The notes under the pieces: model-generated
What the model saw: the letters and a program-made list of their open reading frames with translations, nothing else
Told to the model about the DNA's origin: nothing
Database searches by the model: none
Shown here: positions 18,280-27,593 of the stretch, in pieces
Layout: each line of letters begins with the position of its first letter
Numbering within the stretch: the stretch's first letter is position 1
Assembly: GCA_964410055.1 (NCBI GenBank)
Contig: CAYPGK010000005.1
Location: 13,660 to 68,624 of the forward strand
Direction of reading: 5' to 3'
From: an uncultured Gemmatimonadaceae bacterium
GTDB taxonomy: Bacteria; Gemmatimonadota; Gemmatimonadetes; Longimicrobiales; RSA9
DNA length: 54,965 nt
Translations under genes and position numbers: made by a program

Positions 18280-18316
18280 AAAACGGGGCGGGCGACGCTC
18301 GCGCGTCGCCCGCCCC
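18280..18316 (-). terminator. Intrinsic terminator downstream of the S8 peptidase gene
   Basis: GGGGCGGGCGACG-N6-CGTCGCCCGCCCC is a perfect 13-bp stem, followed on the minus strand by GTTTTCAT. Confidence 0.6.
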
Positions 18317-18394
18317 GATCCACGACTCACCCGGTCGGCGTCGGGCTCGGCGCGTGCCGCGCCGCCCCTCCGCCTCCCGCCTGGCCGCTGCCCT

Positions 18395-20056
18395 TTACCG
18401 CCGCTTCCGGGAAGCCACCTGCTCGGCCATTCGCAGCGCGGCGTAGGCGTTCACGACGCCGCCGGTGGCGGAGAGCTGGCCGAAGTCGACGCGTTCGCCC
18501 TGTGTGCCGGGTCGGACGACGGAAAGGCCGGCGTAGGGGGTGGCGGATTCGAGGATGATCCGCTTCACGTCGGCGGCGTCGAGCTCGGGGTAGTAGGCCA
18601 TGATGAGCGCGGCGAGCCCCGAGACGACGGGGGCGGCCATGCTGGTCCCGGAGTTCCGATCGTAGGCGTTGCCGGGCATGGTCGAGAGGATGTCGACACC
18701 CGGCGCGAAGACGTGCACCTGGCCACGGCCATAGTTGCTGAAGGGCGCGGGGAGCTGGTCCGCGCCGCGCCAGGAGGATGCGCCGACCTCGATCCAGAGG
18801 CGGGCAGAGTCGCCATCCGCGAGGTAGCGCGTGGGGAAGTTCGGCTCCGCGTCGAGGTTCGCGCCGTCGTTGCCCGCGGCGTGCACGAGGAGAACGCCCT
18901 TGGAGTCGGCGTAGCGGACGGCCTCGTCGACCGCGGGCTTGTACGGCGAGAAGCCCTTGCCGAAGCTCATGTTGATGATGTGGGCGCCGTTGTCGACGGC
19001 GTAGCGGATCGCGTTGGCTACGTCCTTGTCGCGCTCGTCGCCGTCGGGCACGGCACGGATCGCCATGATGCGGACGCCGGTGGCGACGCCGTCGATCCCG
19101 ATCCCGTTGCCTCGCGTCGCGGCGATGATCCCGGCGACGTGGGTCCCGTGGCCGGCGTCCGGCCCCACGACGTCGGCGTTGCCGTAGAAGCGCTCGGTGG
19201 TGTCGGCGTAGTCGTCGCCGACGATGTCGCGCGGATCGAAATTGGGATCGAGTCCGAAATTGACCAGGTTCTCGATGTTCGTCAGCTCTTTCTTGACCCG
19301 CTCGGGCGTGATCCCATCCGACGCGAGCTGGAGGTAGATCTCCTTGGCCCGCTGCACGTCGGCCCGCGGCGAGACGATGGACCGGACGTTGGCGACGGTC
19401 AGCGAATCGCCGCCGAGCTGGGCGCGCAGCAGTGCGGTGAACTGGTCGAGCGCCGCGTCGATCTGCCGGAGCTGCATGAGGAAGCCCTCCATCTCGGCGC
19501 GCTCGTCCCTGTACGCGGCCTCGACCACGTCGCACGGGCTTCCGTCGGGCGCGGTCCCTGCGCCGCCGCCCGCGAGGCACGCCGCGTACAGGCGCGTCAC
19601 CTCGTAGGTGTCGTGGTGGACGTGGCTGCCGTCACGGCCGCCGATGAAGTTCCAGCCGTGGACGTCATCGACGTAGCCGTTGCCGTCGTCGTCCTTGCCG
19701 TTCCCGGGAATCTCGCCCTCGTTGACCCAGAGGACGTCGACCAGGTCCTCGTGCTCGATGTCGACGCCGCCATCGATGACCGCGACGACGACGGTGCGCC
19801 GGGGCTGCTTCCCGGCGAGGAGGTCGCGGTACGCGCGCTCGACGGCCGCCCCGTGCACGCCATCGGTCACGGCGTCGAGGTGCCACCAGGCCTCGGGCGC
19901 GGCGGTCAGCGGCGCGTCCGCAGGACGGACGGCGGGCCGTTCCGCCTCGACGTCGGGCCTCGTCGCCGTCGGCGCCGGGGCCTCGCTGGCGGTCCGGGTC
20001 GGCGCGCACGCGCCGAGGGCGAGCGCGATGGCGAGGAGCAGGGACAACGGTCTCAT
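18395..20056 (-). CDS. S8 (subtilisin-family) serine peptidase, lipoprotein
   Basis: Lipobox LALGAC. Catalytic triad contexts are VAVIDGGVD, HGTHVAGIIA and GTSMAAPVVSG. GGAGGA RBS. Confidence 0.9.
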   Translation of the reverse strand: MRPLSLLLAIALALGACAPTRTASEAPAPTATRPDVEAERPAVRPADAPLTAAPEAWWHLDAVTDGVHGAAVERAYRDLLAGKQPRRTVVVAVIDGGVDIEHEDLVDVLWVNEGEIPGNGKDDDGNGYVDDVHGWNFIGGRDGSHVHHDTYEVTRLYAACLAGGGAGTAPDGSPCDVVEAAYRDERAEMEGFLMQLRQIDAALDQFTALLRAQLGGDSLTVANVRSIVSPRADVQRAKEIYLQLASDGITPERVKKELTNIENLVNFGLDPNFDPRDIVGDDYADTTERFYGNADVVGPDAGHGTHVAGIIAATRGNGIGIDGVATGVRIMAIRAVPDGDERDKDVANAIRYAVDNGAHIINMSFGKGFSPYKPAVDEAVRYADSKGVLLVHAAGNDGANLDAEPNFPTRYLADGDSARLWIEVGASSWRGADQLPAPFSNYGRGQVHVFAPGVDILSTMPGNAYDRNSGTSMAAPVVSGLAALIMAYYPELDAADVKRIILESATPYAGLSVVRPGTQGERVDFGQLSATGGVVNAYAALRMAEQVASRKRR

Positions 20057-20339
20057 CGGTCATCCTCCGATTCACGGGGACCCGCCGGGCCGGCGGCCGG
20101 CAGGCGTGCAAAGGGGTGGCATACGACGCGACGGGGAGTGTACCGGACCCGGCGGTTTCATGCAACGACCGGGCCCCACCCGACCCACGCGCGACGGGAC
20201 TCCTACACGGCCACGGGGTCGAGGTGTTCCCCGACCCGGTGCGCGGCCGTGCCCGTCTCTTTACCTTTGGGCGAGTCGCACCGGCGCACCCGGGGCGACC
20301 ACGCGAATCCGTTTTCGACCGTTCTCGATCGAGGGAGCG

Positions 20340-21215
20340 ATGGCTTATTCAGTGGAGAATCTGATCCGGCTCCTGGACCTGGAGCAGATCGAGATGAACA
20401 TCTACCGCGGCCGCAACCGGGACATCGGCACGGGCCGCATCTTCGGCGGGCAGGTGCTCGCGCAGGGACTCGTCGCCATGCGACGCACGATCGAGGAGGA
20501 CCGCATCGCGCACTCGATGCACGGCTACTTCATCCTCCCCGGCGACCTCGAGATCCCCGTCGTGTACTTCGTCGACCGGCTCCGCGACGGGAAGAGCTTC
20601 ACCACCCGCCGCGTAACCGCGATCCAGCACGGGCGGGCCATCTTCAACATGTCCGCATCGTTCCAGGTGGTTGAGGAGGGGCCCACGCACCAGATCCCGA
20701 TGCCAGACGTGCCGCCGCCCGAAGAGGTGCAGTCCGAGCTCGAGCTCATCCGTCAAATGGCGGATCGGATCCCGGAATCGCTGCGCGCCGTCCTCACCCA
20801 GGACCGCCCCATCGACTTCCGACCCGTCGAGCCGGTGGACCCGTTCCGTCCCGAGCCCCAGCCTCCCGTGCGGCACATGTGGCTCCGCGCCATCGGGACC
20901 ATGCCGGACGACATCCTGATGCACCAGGCCATCCTGGCCTACGCCTCGGACTACGGCCTGCTCCAGACGTCGCTCCTGCCCCACGGCCTGTCGTTCCGCA
21001 TGCCGAACCTCCAGGTCGCGACGCTCGACCACGCCATCTGGTTCCACCGCCCCTTCCGCGTCGACGAGTGGCTCCTCTACTCGATGGACTCGCCCGCCGC
21101 GGGAGGCGCGAGAGGGTTTACGCGCGGAGCCTTCTTCACCCGCGACGGCACCCTCGTCGCCTCCGTCGCCCAGGAAGGGCTCACACGCATCCGGGGGCCG
21201 GTGGAGGGATCCTGA
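20340..21215 (+). CDS. tesB: Acyl-CoA thioesterase II
   Basis: ORF 19680..21215 trimmed to MAYSVENLIRLLDLEQIE, behind GAGGGAG. Collinear with TesB (GGQVLAQ..HSMHGYFILPGD..RDGKSFTTRRV). Confidence 0.9.
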   Translation: MAYSVENLIRLLDLEQIEMNIYRGRNRDIGTGRIFGGQVLAQGLVAMRRTIEEDRIAHSMHGYFILPGDLEIPVVYFVDRLRDGKSFTTRRVTAIQHGRAIFNMSASFQVVEEGPTHQIPMPDVPPPEEVQSELELIRQMADRIPESLRAVLTQDRPIDFRPVEPVDPFRPEPQPPVRHMWLRAIGTMPDDILMHQAILAYASDYGLLQTSLLPHGLSFRMPNLQVATLDHAIWFHRPFRVDEWLLYSMDSPAAGGARGFTRGAFFTRDGTLVASVAQEGLTRIRGPVEGS

Positions 21216-21226
21216 GGAGCCGGGGC

Positions 21227-21259
21227 CTCCGGGGAGCGCCGCGAGCGCGCTCCCCGGAG
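21227..21259. terminator. Hairpin between convergent tesB and the methyltransferase gene
   Basis: CTCCGGGGAGCGC ... GCGCTCCCCGGAG is a perfect 13-bp stem 12 nt after the tesB stop. No U tract. Confidence 0.4.
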
Positions 21260-21408
21260 GGCCCGTCCCGCGTGTCCAGGGAACCCGGGTCAGGCCGGCG
21301 TTGAATCCCGCAGTATGGCAAGCCTGTCCCGCGCGACCGGGGAACCTGGTCCCGCGCACCTACCGCCGCTCCGTGTGTCGCACACGGAGCCGGCCCCCCT
21401 CCCCACGC

Positions 21409-22050
21409 CTACCGTGAATCCCCCGGGATCCACGCCACCCCCACCACCGAGGGCAGCCGCTCCCCGGGCAACCGCACGGTCACGTCCCGGAATTCGACCG
21501 CGAGGCCCAGCCGCGACGCCTCCCGCACGAACTCCGCGCGGGTGAATCGGCCCGGATCGCCCACGACCACCCGCGCCCCGCCCCGCATCGCCTCCCATGC
21601 CCGGCGCGCCGTCGCACGCGCCAGCTCGGCCTCGTACAGCAGGTCCGCGAACGCCACCACGTCCGCCGCCGGGAGCGCCTCGGGCCCCAACAGATCGAAC
21701 GCCGACGTCCTCACCCCGACACCCTGCACCGCCGCCGCCGCCCGGATCAGCTCCAACGCCCCGACGTCATGGTCCAGCGCCACCGCCTCCGCACCCAGCC
21801 GCGCCGCGGCCAGCGCGCACAGACCCGTGCCCGCACCCACGTCCAGCACCCGCTCGTCGGGACGCACCCGCCCCACCAGCTCCCGCGCGACCGCGACCGC
21901 CGCCGGCCACAGGATCGCCGCGTACGGGTCCACGGCCGCGCCCTCGACCGCCGCCGCGAGGACCGCATCCGCGTCCGCACGCTCGTGCACCACGACCTCC
22001 ACCCCGTCCCCCAGCTCGATCCTCACCGCCCGGATCGCTTCATGCTCCAT
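21409..22050 (-). CDS. Class I SAM-dependent methyltransferase
   Basis: Motif I VLDVGAGTGLCALAAARLGA. ATG at 22050 behind GGAGAGG. The substrate is not inferable. Confidence 0.7.
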   Translation of the reverse strand: MEHEAIRAVRIELGDGVEVVVHERADADAVLAAAVEGAAVDPYAAILWPAAVAVARELVGRVRPDERVLDVGAGTGLCALAAARLGAEAVALDHDVGALELIRAAAAVQGVGVRTSAFDLLGPEALPAADVVAFADLLYEAELARATARRAWEAMRGGARVVVGDPGRFTRAEFVREASRLGLAVEFRDVTVRLPGERLPSVVGVAWIPGDSR

Positions 22051-22092
22051 GAGCCTCTCCTGCCGATCTGGCACTCATCGGCGGCGCGCGCC

Positions 22093-22121
22093 TTGCCCTG
22101 CTTATCGATAGTTATTATTGT
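22093..22121 (+). promoter_or_regulatory. AT-rich island with a sigma-70-like promoter for the P1B ATPase (TTGCCC-N17-TATTGT) containing the palindrome TATCGATA
   Basis: This is the most AT-rich stretch in the window (CTTATCGATAGTTATTATTGTTAAGG). It lies in the divergent methyltransferase/ATPase intergenic region, 40-70 nt upstream of the ATG at 22161. Confidence 0.3.
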
Positions 22122-22160
22122 TAAGGATGGGCAGTCCCGCCCGGGTTCCATGGAGAATAC

Positions 22161-24161
22161 ATGCAAAGCACAACGACGACGATGGCGGCGACGTTGTGGG
22201 GCGATCCGGTCCGACGCGGCTTCGTGCTGACGGGGCTCACGCTGGCGGGCGTGGTGGCTGCGTTCGTCGCACGCGGCGCGGGGCAGGTCGGCACGGAGTG
22301 GTCGTTCTACGCGCTGGCGTTCCTGGCGGGCGGCGTGCCGGCGGCGCGCAAGGCGATCGAGACGCTTCAGACGGAGCGGAAGCTGGACGTCGACCTGCTG
22401 ATGGTGGTGGCGGCGCTGGGTGCAGCGAGCGTGGGCCAGGCGGGCGACGGCGCGATCCTGCTGTTCCTGTTCAGCCTCTCGAACACGCTCCAGGACTGGG
22501 CGATGGGGCGGACGAAGCACGCCATCGAAGCGCTCATGGCGTTGAGCCCCGAGGGCGCGACGGTGATCGAGGCGGATGGGACGGAGCGATGGGTGGGTCT
22601 GGAATCGCTCGAGCCCGGCATGCTGATCCGCGTGCGCCCGGGCGAGCGGATCGCCGCGGACGCGACGCTGGTGGAGGGATTCACCAGCGTGGACGAGAGC
22701 GAGCTGACGGGCGAGTCGGTGCCGGTGGAGAAGGCGCCGGGCTCGAAGCTGTTCAGCGGGACGCTGAACGGCGAGGGCGTGGTGGTGGCGCGGGTGGACC
22801 AGCCTGCGAGCGAGAGTGCGCTGGCGAAGCTGGTCCGGCTCGTCGAGCAGGCGCAGGCGGAGAAGAGCCCGACGGAGGTGTTCGCCGAGCGGTTCGAGGG
22901 TCCGTACACGATCGCCGTTTTGCTCTCGGTCCCGGTCCTGTTCGGGATCTTCCACTTCTTCGCCGGGCTGGAGACGTCGGCGTCCTGGTACCGTGCGATG
23001 ACGTTCCTGGTCGTGGCGTCGCCGTGCGCGGTGGTGATCAGCACGCCGGCGGCGGTGTTGTCTGCGATGGCCGCGGGCGCGCGCTCGGGTGCGCTCTTCA
23101 AGGGCGGCGCCGCGCTGGAGGAGCTGGCCCGGGTCGACATCGTGGCCTTCGACAAGACGGGGACGCTGACGCGCGGGCAGATGGAGCTGGTCGATCTCGC
23201 GGTCTTCGAGGGGACGGAGTCGGAGGCGCGCGCACTGGCGGCCGGGCTGGAGCGCCATAGCGAGCATCCGATCGCGCAGGCGGTGGTGCGCGCGTGGGAC
23301 GGCCCGGTGCCGGAGGTGGCCGACGTGCAGGCGGAGCGTGGCCGTGGGATCCGCGGCGAGCTGGGCGGCGAGACGGTCTGGGCCGGCACGCGGCGGATGG
23401 CGGCGAGCCGGGGCGCGACGGTCACGCCGGAGATGGAACGTCGCCTGCTGGAGTTCGAGGAACGGGGCGAGACGCCGGTGATCCTGGGCCGCGGCGACCG
23501 TGTGGTCGCGTTGCTCGGCGTTGCGGACACGCCCCGGCCGGAAGCGCGTGCGGCGCTCGCGGCGCTCCGCGAACGCGGCGTGCGTCTGGTCATGCTCACG
23601 GGCGACCGCGCGGCCGTCGCGCGTCACGTGGCGCGTCAGGTCGGGATCGACGAGGTGAGGGCGGAGCTCATGCCCGAGGACAAGCTCGAGCAGATCGCGG
23701 AGCTCCGGAAGGAGGGGCGGGTCGCGATGGTCGGCGACGGCGTGAACGACGGGCCGGCGCTCGTCGCCGCGGACCTCGGGATCGCCATGGGCTCCGGCTC
23801 CGACGTCTCCCTCGAGAGCGCCGACATCGTGCTCATGAAGGACGACCTCATGAAGATCACCGGTGCGATCGCGCTGGCTCGCCGCGCCGCGGCCACGATC
23901 CGCTTCAACCTGGCCTTCGCGCTCGGGGTGATCGTGGTCGTGGGCACGCTCTCGCTCTTCGGCTACGTCCCGCTCCCGGTCGGCGTCGTGGCCCACGAGG
24001 GCGGGACCATCTTCGTGGTGGCCGTCGGGCTGCGCCTCCTGGCGCACCGGGTCGAGGGGAGCGGGGCGGCGGCGCTGGCCGCGGCCGATCCGGGCGCCGA
24101 GTCGGCGCCGTGGCCGGACGCGGCCGCGCCGTCGGTGGAGGCGCCGGGGGCGGCGGGGTGA
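22161..24161 (+). CDS. Heavy-metal P-type ATPase, P1B-4-like (SPC / HEGGT motifs; probable Co/Fe/Zn exporter)
   Basis: Motifs DKTGTLT, TGES, GDGVNDGPAL, transmembrane SPC (VVASPCAVV) and HEGGT in the last TM. There is no N-terminal HMA/CxxC metal-binding domain. Confidence 0.9.
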   Translation: MQSTTTTMAATLWGDPVRRGFVLTGLTLAGVVAAFVARGAGQVGTEWSFYALAFLAGGVPAARKAIETLQTERKLDVDLLMVVAALGAASVGQAGDGAILLFLFSLSNTLQDWAMGRTKHAIEALMALSPEGATVIEADGTERWVGLESLEPGMLIRVRPGERIAADATLVEGFTSVDESELTGESVPVEKAPGSKLFSGTLNGEGVVVARVDQPASESALAKLVRLVEQAQAEKSPTEVFAERFEGPYTIAVLLSVPVLFGIFHFFAGLETSASWYRAMTFLVVASPCAVVISTPAAVLSAMAAGARSGALFKGGAALEELARVDIVAFDKTGTLTRGQMELVDLAVFEGTESEARALAAGLERHSEHPIAQAVVRAWDGPVPEVADVQAERGRGIRGELGGETVWAGTRRMAASRGATVTPEMERRLLEFEERGETPVILGRGDRVVALLGVADTPRPEARAALAALRERGVRLVMLTGDRAAVARHVARQVGIDEVRAELMPEDKLEQIAELRKEGRVAMVGDGVNDGPALVAADLGIAMGSGSDVSLESADIVLMKDDLMKITGAIALARRAAATIRFNLAFALGVIVVVGTLSLFGYVPLPVGVVAHEGGTIFVVAVGLRLLAHRVEGSGAAALAAADPGAESAPWPDAAAPSVEAPGAAG

Positions 24162-25141
24162 TGGAAGCGGCCGAACACCGCACCGAGCGCCGCCTCGGCT
24201 TCGCCGTCAAGGTGCTCGGCCGCGAGGGGCTGCCCAGCCACGACACCCGCCGCTGGCAGTCGGGGCCGAGCGTCGCCGTCTCGATCGACGCGCTGCACCG
24301 CATCCTCGACTACCTGGACGACGTCGGGATCCGGATGTACCGCCTCTCCTCCGACTTCGTCCCGTACGCGACCCACCCGGACCTACCGCAGTTCCACCGC
24401 CAGATCGAGGAGCACGCCCTCGACCTCGCCCGCATCGGCCGTTACGCGCGCCGGCTCGACATCCGGCTCTCGCTGCACCCTTCCCAGTACGTCGTCCTCA
24501 ATGCCAGGGATGAGGAGATCGCGGCCAAGGCCCGTGCGGACCTAGACGTGCAGGCGCGTCTGCTCGACGCCATGGAGCAGGGCCCCGAGGCCGTCGTCGT
24601 CCTCCACGTCGGCGGCCTCTACGGCGACCGTGCCTCCGCGCTCGACCGCTTCGTCGCCAATTTCGCGCGCCTGTCGGAGCCCGCGCGCCGTCGCCTCGTG
24701 GTCGAGAACGACGAGACCTCGTTCACCGTCGAGGACTGCCTCTGGATCCACGAACGGATCGGCATCCCGGTCGTCTTCGACCACCAGCACCACCGCCTGA
24801 ACCCCGGCGGGCTCGACGTCCGCGACGCGGTCCGCGCGGCGCTCGGCACCTGGCCCGACGACGTCACGCCCAAGATCCACTTCTCCTCCGCCCGCCTCGA
24901 CGGCCGCGAAGTCCGCCGCGGCAGGACGACGCGCATCGAGCCGCCGCTCCTGCGCCAGCACGCGGACTTCGTCGACCCGTGGACCCTGGCCGAGCTCCTC
25001 GACCAGATCCGAGACCTCCCCTGCGACGTCATGATCGAGGCAAAAGCGAAGGACCTCGCCGTCGTCAAGGTCCGCGCGGATCTGGCGGCCATTGGACGCG
25101 GCGAGGTCCTCTTCGAGCCCGGGATGCGCCGGGCGGCCTGA
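24161..25141 (+). CDS. uvdE: UV damage endonuclease
   Basis: ORF 23294..25141 trimmed to MEAAEHRTERRLGFAVKVLG. UvdE/UvsE-like throughout (MYRLSSDFVPYATH, LSLHPSQYVVLN, VVENDE, IHFSS). Its ATG overlaps the ATPase TGA by 1 nt (TGATG). Confidence 0.85.
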   Translation: MEAAEHRTERRLGFAVKVLGREGLPSHDTRRWQSGPSVAVSIDALHRILDYLDDVGIRMYRLSSDFVPYATHPDLPQFHRQIEEHALDLARIGRYARRLDIRLSLHPSQYVVLNARDEEIAAKARADLDVQARLLDAMEQGPEAVVVLHVGGLYGDRASALDRFVANFARLSEPARRRLVVENDETSFTVEDCLWIHERIGIPVVFDHQHHRLNPGGLDVRDAVRAALGTWPDDVTPKIHFSSARLDGREVRRGRTTRIEPPLLRQHADFVDPWTLAELLDQIRDLPCDVMIEAKAKDLAVVKVRADLAAIGRGEVLFEPGMRRAA

Positions 25142-25146
25142 CGCGA

Positions 25147-26427
25147 TCAGACGTGGATGATCTGCTCTCTCCGCGTGCCGACCGAAACGTACCAGATCGG
25201 CACGCCGGTGATCTCCTCGATGCGGCGCAGATAGTCGCGCGCAGCGCCGGGCAGCTCTTCGAGGGAGCGGGCGCCCTCGGTCGAGGTGTTCCACCCCGGA
25301 AGCGTTTCGTAGACCGGCTCGGCCTGTGAGAGGAGCGTGAGGTCCTCCGGGAAGTCGTCGAGGACGACGTCTTCGATGCGGTAGCCGGTGGCGATCTGGA
25401 TCTCCTCGAAGGTGTCGAGGACGTCGAGCTTGGTGAGCGCGAGCCCGGTCAGCCCGTTGACGCGAGCGGCGTAGCGGACGACGACGCCGTCGAACCAGCC
25501 GCAGCGGCGCGGCCGTCCGGTCGTGGCGCCGTATTCGCCGCCCAGGTCGCGGAGCCGGTCGCCGAGGGGGCCGTGGATCTCCGTGGGGAGCGGACCGCTG
25601 CCGACGCGGGTGGTATAGGCCTTCACGACGCCGAGCGCGGCGTCGATCGCCGTGGGTCCGATCCCCGTGCCGGTCGCGGCGCCGGCCGCGGTGGTCGTCG
25701 ACGAGGTGACGTAGGGATAGGTCCCGTGGTCGACGTCGAGGAGAGCGCCCTGGGCGCCCTCGAGGAGGATACGCCGGCCCTCGGCGATGGACCGCGTGAT
25801 CTCGCGGCCGACGTCGGTGACCAGCGGGAGCAGCCGCTCGCGCACGGCGAGGACGTCGTCGGCCACGCGGGCGGGGTCGACCGTCTCGGCGCCGGCGGCC
25901 CGCAGGCGCTCGTTCGCCTGGGTAGCGGCCTCGAAGATCAGCTCGCGGGCGCGATCGGCCACGCGGAGGTCGGCGACGCGGATCCCGCGCCGCGCGACCT
26001 TGTCCTCGTACGCCGGCCCGATCCCCTTCCGCGTGGTGCCGATCGCATCGGAGCCGCGGGCCAGCTCGGAGACCTGGTCGAGACGCTTGTGGTACTCGAG
26101 GAGTAGGTGCGCGCGCCCGCTCACGCCAACCTTGCTCTCGGCATCGATCCCGCGGGCGATGAGCCCGTCGAGCTCACTGAAGAACTGCTCGAGGTCGAGG
26201 ACGACGCCGTTGCCGAGCAGGCAGCGCTTCCCTTCGTGCAGGATCCCCGACGGGATCTGGTGCAGGATGAACTCCTCGCCGCCCACGTGCACCGTGTGGC
26301 CGGCGTTCGCGCCGCCCTGGTAGCGTGCGACGACATCGGCCTCGCCGGCCAGCACATCCACGATCTTGCCCTTCCCTTCGTCGCCCCACTGCGCGCCGAC
26401 GACGACGAGGCACTGATATCCGTTCAT
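25147..26427 (-). CDS. purA: Adenylosuccinate synthase
   Basis: Trimmed to MNGYQCLVVVGAQWGDEGKGKIVD. Classic PurA P-loop and full-length collinearity. Confidence 0.95.
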   Translation of the reverse strand: MNGYQCLVVVGAQWGDEGKGKIVDVLAGEADVVARYQGGANAGHTVHVGGEEFILHQIPSGILHEGKRCLLGNGVVLDLEQFFSELDGLIARGIDAESKVGVSGRAHLLLEYHKRLDQVSELARGSDAIGTTRKGIGPAYEDKVARRGIRVADLRVADRARELIFEAATQANERLRAAGAETVDPARVADDVLAVRERLLPLVTDVGREITRSIAEGRRILLEGAQGALLDVDHGTYPYVTSSTTTAAGAATGTGIGPTAIDAALGVVKAYTTRVGSGPLPTEIHGPLGDRLRDLGGEYGATTGRPRRCGWFDGVVVRYAARVNGLTGLALTKLDVLDTFEEIQIATGYRIEDVVLDDFPEDLTLLSQAEPVYETLPGWNTSTEGARSLEELPGAARDYLRRIEEITGVPIWYVSVGTRREQIIHV

Positions 26428-26636
26428 CTCGCTCCGGATCGAGGTTGCGTTGTGTCCGCGGAAGGGTAGCCCCAAGGTGACCGGGTCGCAACGGGGTGGG
26501 GGCTGCCCTTATATTCTCCGAGGGATGGTGGAGGGAGGGCCGTCCGCCGCCGCGGCCTGCGCGGCGGCCAGGACCGCCGGCCGAACGCGCGCCCCGCGCA
26601 GCCCCCGCTACGCACGGCACGAACCGGAGAGATTGG

Positions 26637-27566
26637 ATGAGCGACTCTCATGGAGCAATCGGCGAGAACGAGGCCCGTGAGCTGTGGGCTCGCGCGATCG
26701 AGCTCCAGACGACGGGACGCGATGCCGATGTCGTGAGCTCCTCGGCGCCGCGCGCCGGAGCGATGAGTCTGGACGTCGTGCTGCAGGCGGCGGAGGGAGC
26801 CGGGATCCACCCCGATTCCGTCCTTCTCGCGCTCGCCGAGCGGCAACTCGTGGACTGGGACCTGATCCGGCCCGACGATTGGCGCGTGCGCATGCTGAGA
26901 CGATTCGTGTCGAATGTGGACGCGATCGACGTCCGTCGTCGGTTCCGCGCCGAGCCCGAGCGGGTCCTCGCCGCCCTGGCCGAAGTCGCCTCTCGGCCGG
27001 CCTTCGACCTCGGCCTCGAGCGCGCCATTGGACCCGGCGAGTCCGTGACCGACCGCGTGTACGTCTTCCGACGCCAGGGTATGAGCCGGTCCGGCTTCAG
27101 CGGGAACATGGAGCTCGCAGACGTGCGCGTGCTCCTGGTCACGATCCGGGCCACGCAGGACGGCAGCAGCGTCCGCGTCCGCGCGCCGCTGTTCCGACGG
27201 GGTGTGAATGTGGTGCTGGCCGGAGTCGCATCAGGTACGCTCGGCGCATGGGGCACGGCGGCGGGGTGGAGCCTGGGCTCGGCGCTCATGGGCGCCGTCG
27301 TTGGTGGAGCCTTCATCCCCGCGACGATCGGAGCCGGCTTCCTCCTCGGCAGCTCCATCGGGCTGGCCGGCTTTCGATCCTTCTATCACCGGATGGTGCG
27401 TCGCGGCGACATGGCGCTGGACAGCTTCTTCGCCGCCGTTGCGGCCGAGGTCGAGCCCGCCCTCGTTCCGCCCCCGGGCGGCCGGACGCCCCAGATCTCG
27501 TCGGGAGCTTCCGACGCCGACGGCGATGCCGACGCCGGCGCCGACGCCAACGCCGCTGGCGATTGA
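26637..27566 (+). CDS. Hypothetical membrane-anchored protein (soluble N-domain, Gly-zipper TM region, D/A/G-rich tail)
   Basis: Trimmed to MSDSHGAIGENEAR, behind GGAGAG. Hydrophobic G/A-rich helices at about aa 195-270. I recognise no family. Confidence 0.55.
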   Translation: MSDSHGAIGENEARELWARAIELQTTGRDADVVSSSAPRAGAMSLDVVLQAAEGAGIHPDSVLLALAERQLVDWDLIRPDDWRVRMLRRFVSNVDAIDVRRRFRAEPERVLAALAEVASRPAFDLGLERAIGPGESVTDRVYVFRRQGMSRSGFSGNMELADVRVLLVTIRATQDGSSVRVRAPLFRRGVNVVLAGVASGTLGAWGTAAGWSLGSALMGAVVGGAFIPATIGAGFLLGSSIGLAGFRSFYHRMVRRGDMALDSFFAAVAAEVEPALVPPPGGRTPQISSGASDADGDADAGADANAAGD

Positions 27567-27593
27567 GCATCCGGGCTCAGGGCGCGCCAAACC

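Noticed and set aside
22069-22085. TGGCACTCATCGGCGGC upstream of the P-type ATPase as a sigma-54 promoter.
   Set aside because: There is no GC at the correct -12 position. The nearby AT-rich sigma-70-like element is a better explanation.
26462-26510. 12-bp-stem hairpin (AAGGGTAGCCCC..GGGGCTGCCCTT) next to TATATT in the purA / hypothetical-gene divergent region, considered as a purine-responsive RNA element.
   Set aside because: It does not have the three-way junction size or conserved loops of purine, ZTP or PRPP riboswitches. It is most likely just promoter-proximal structure, which I cannot evaluate without covariation data.
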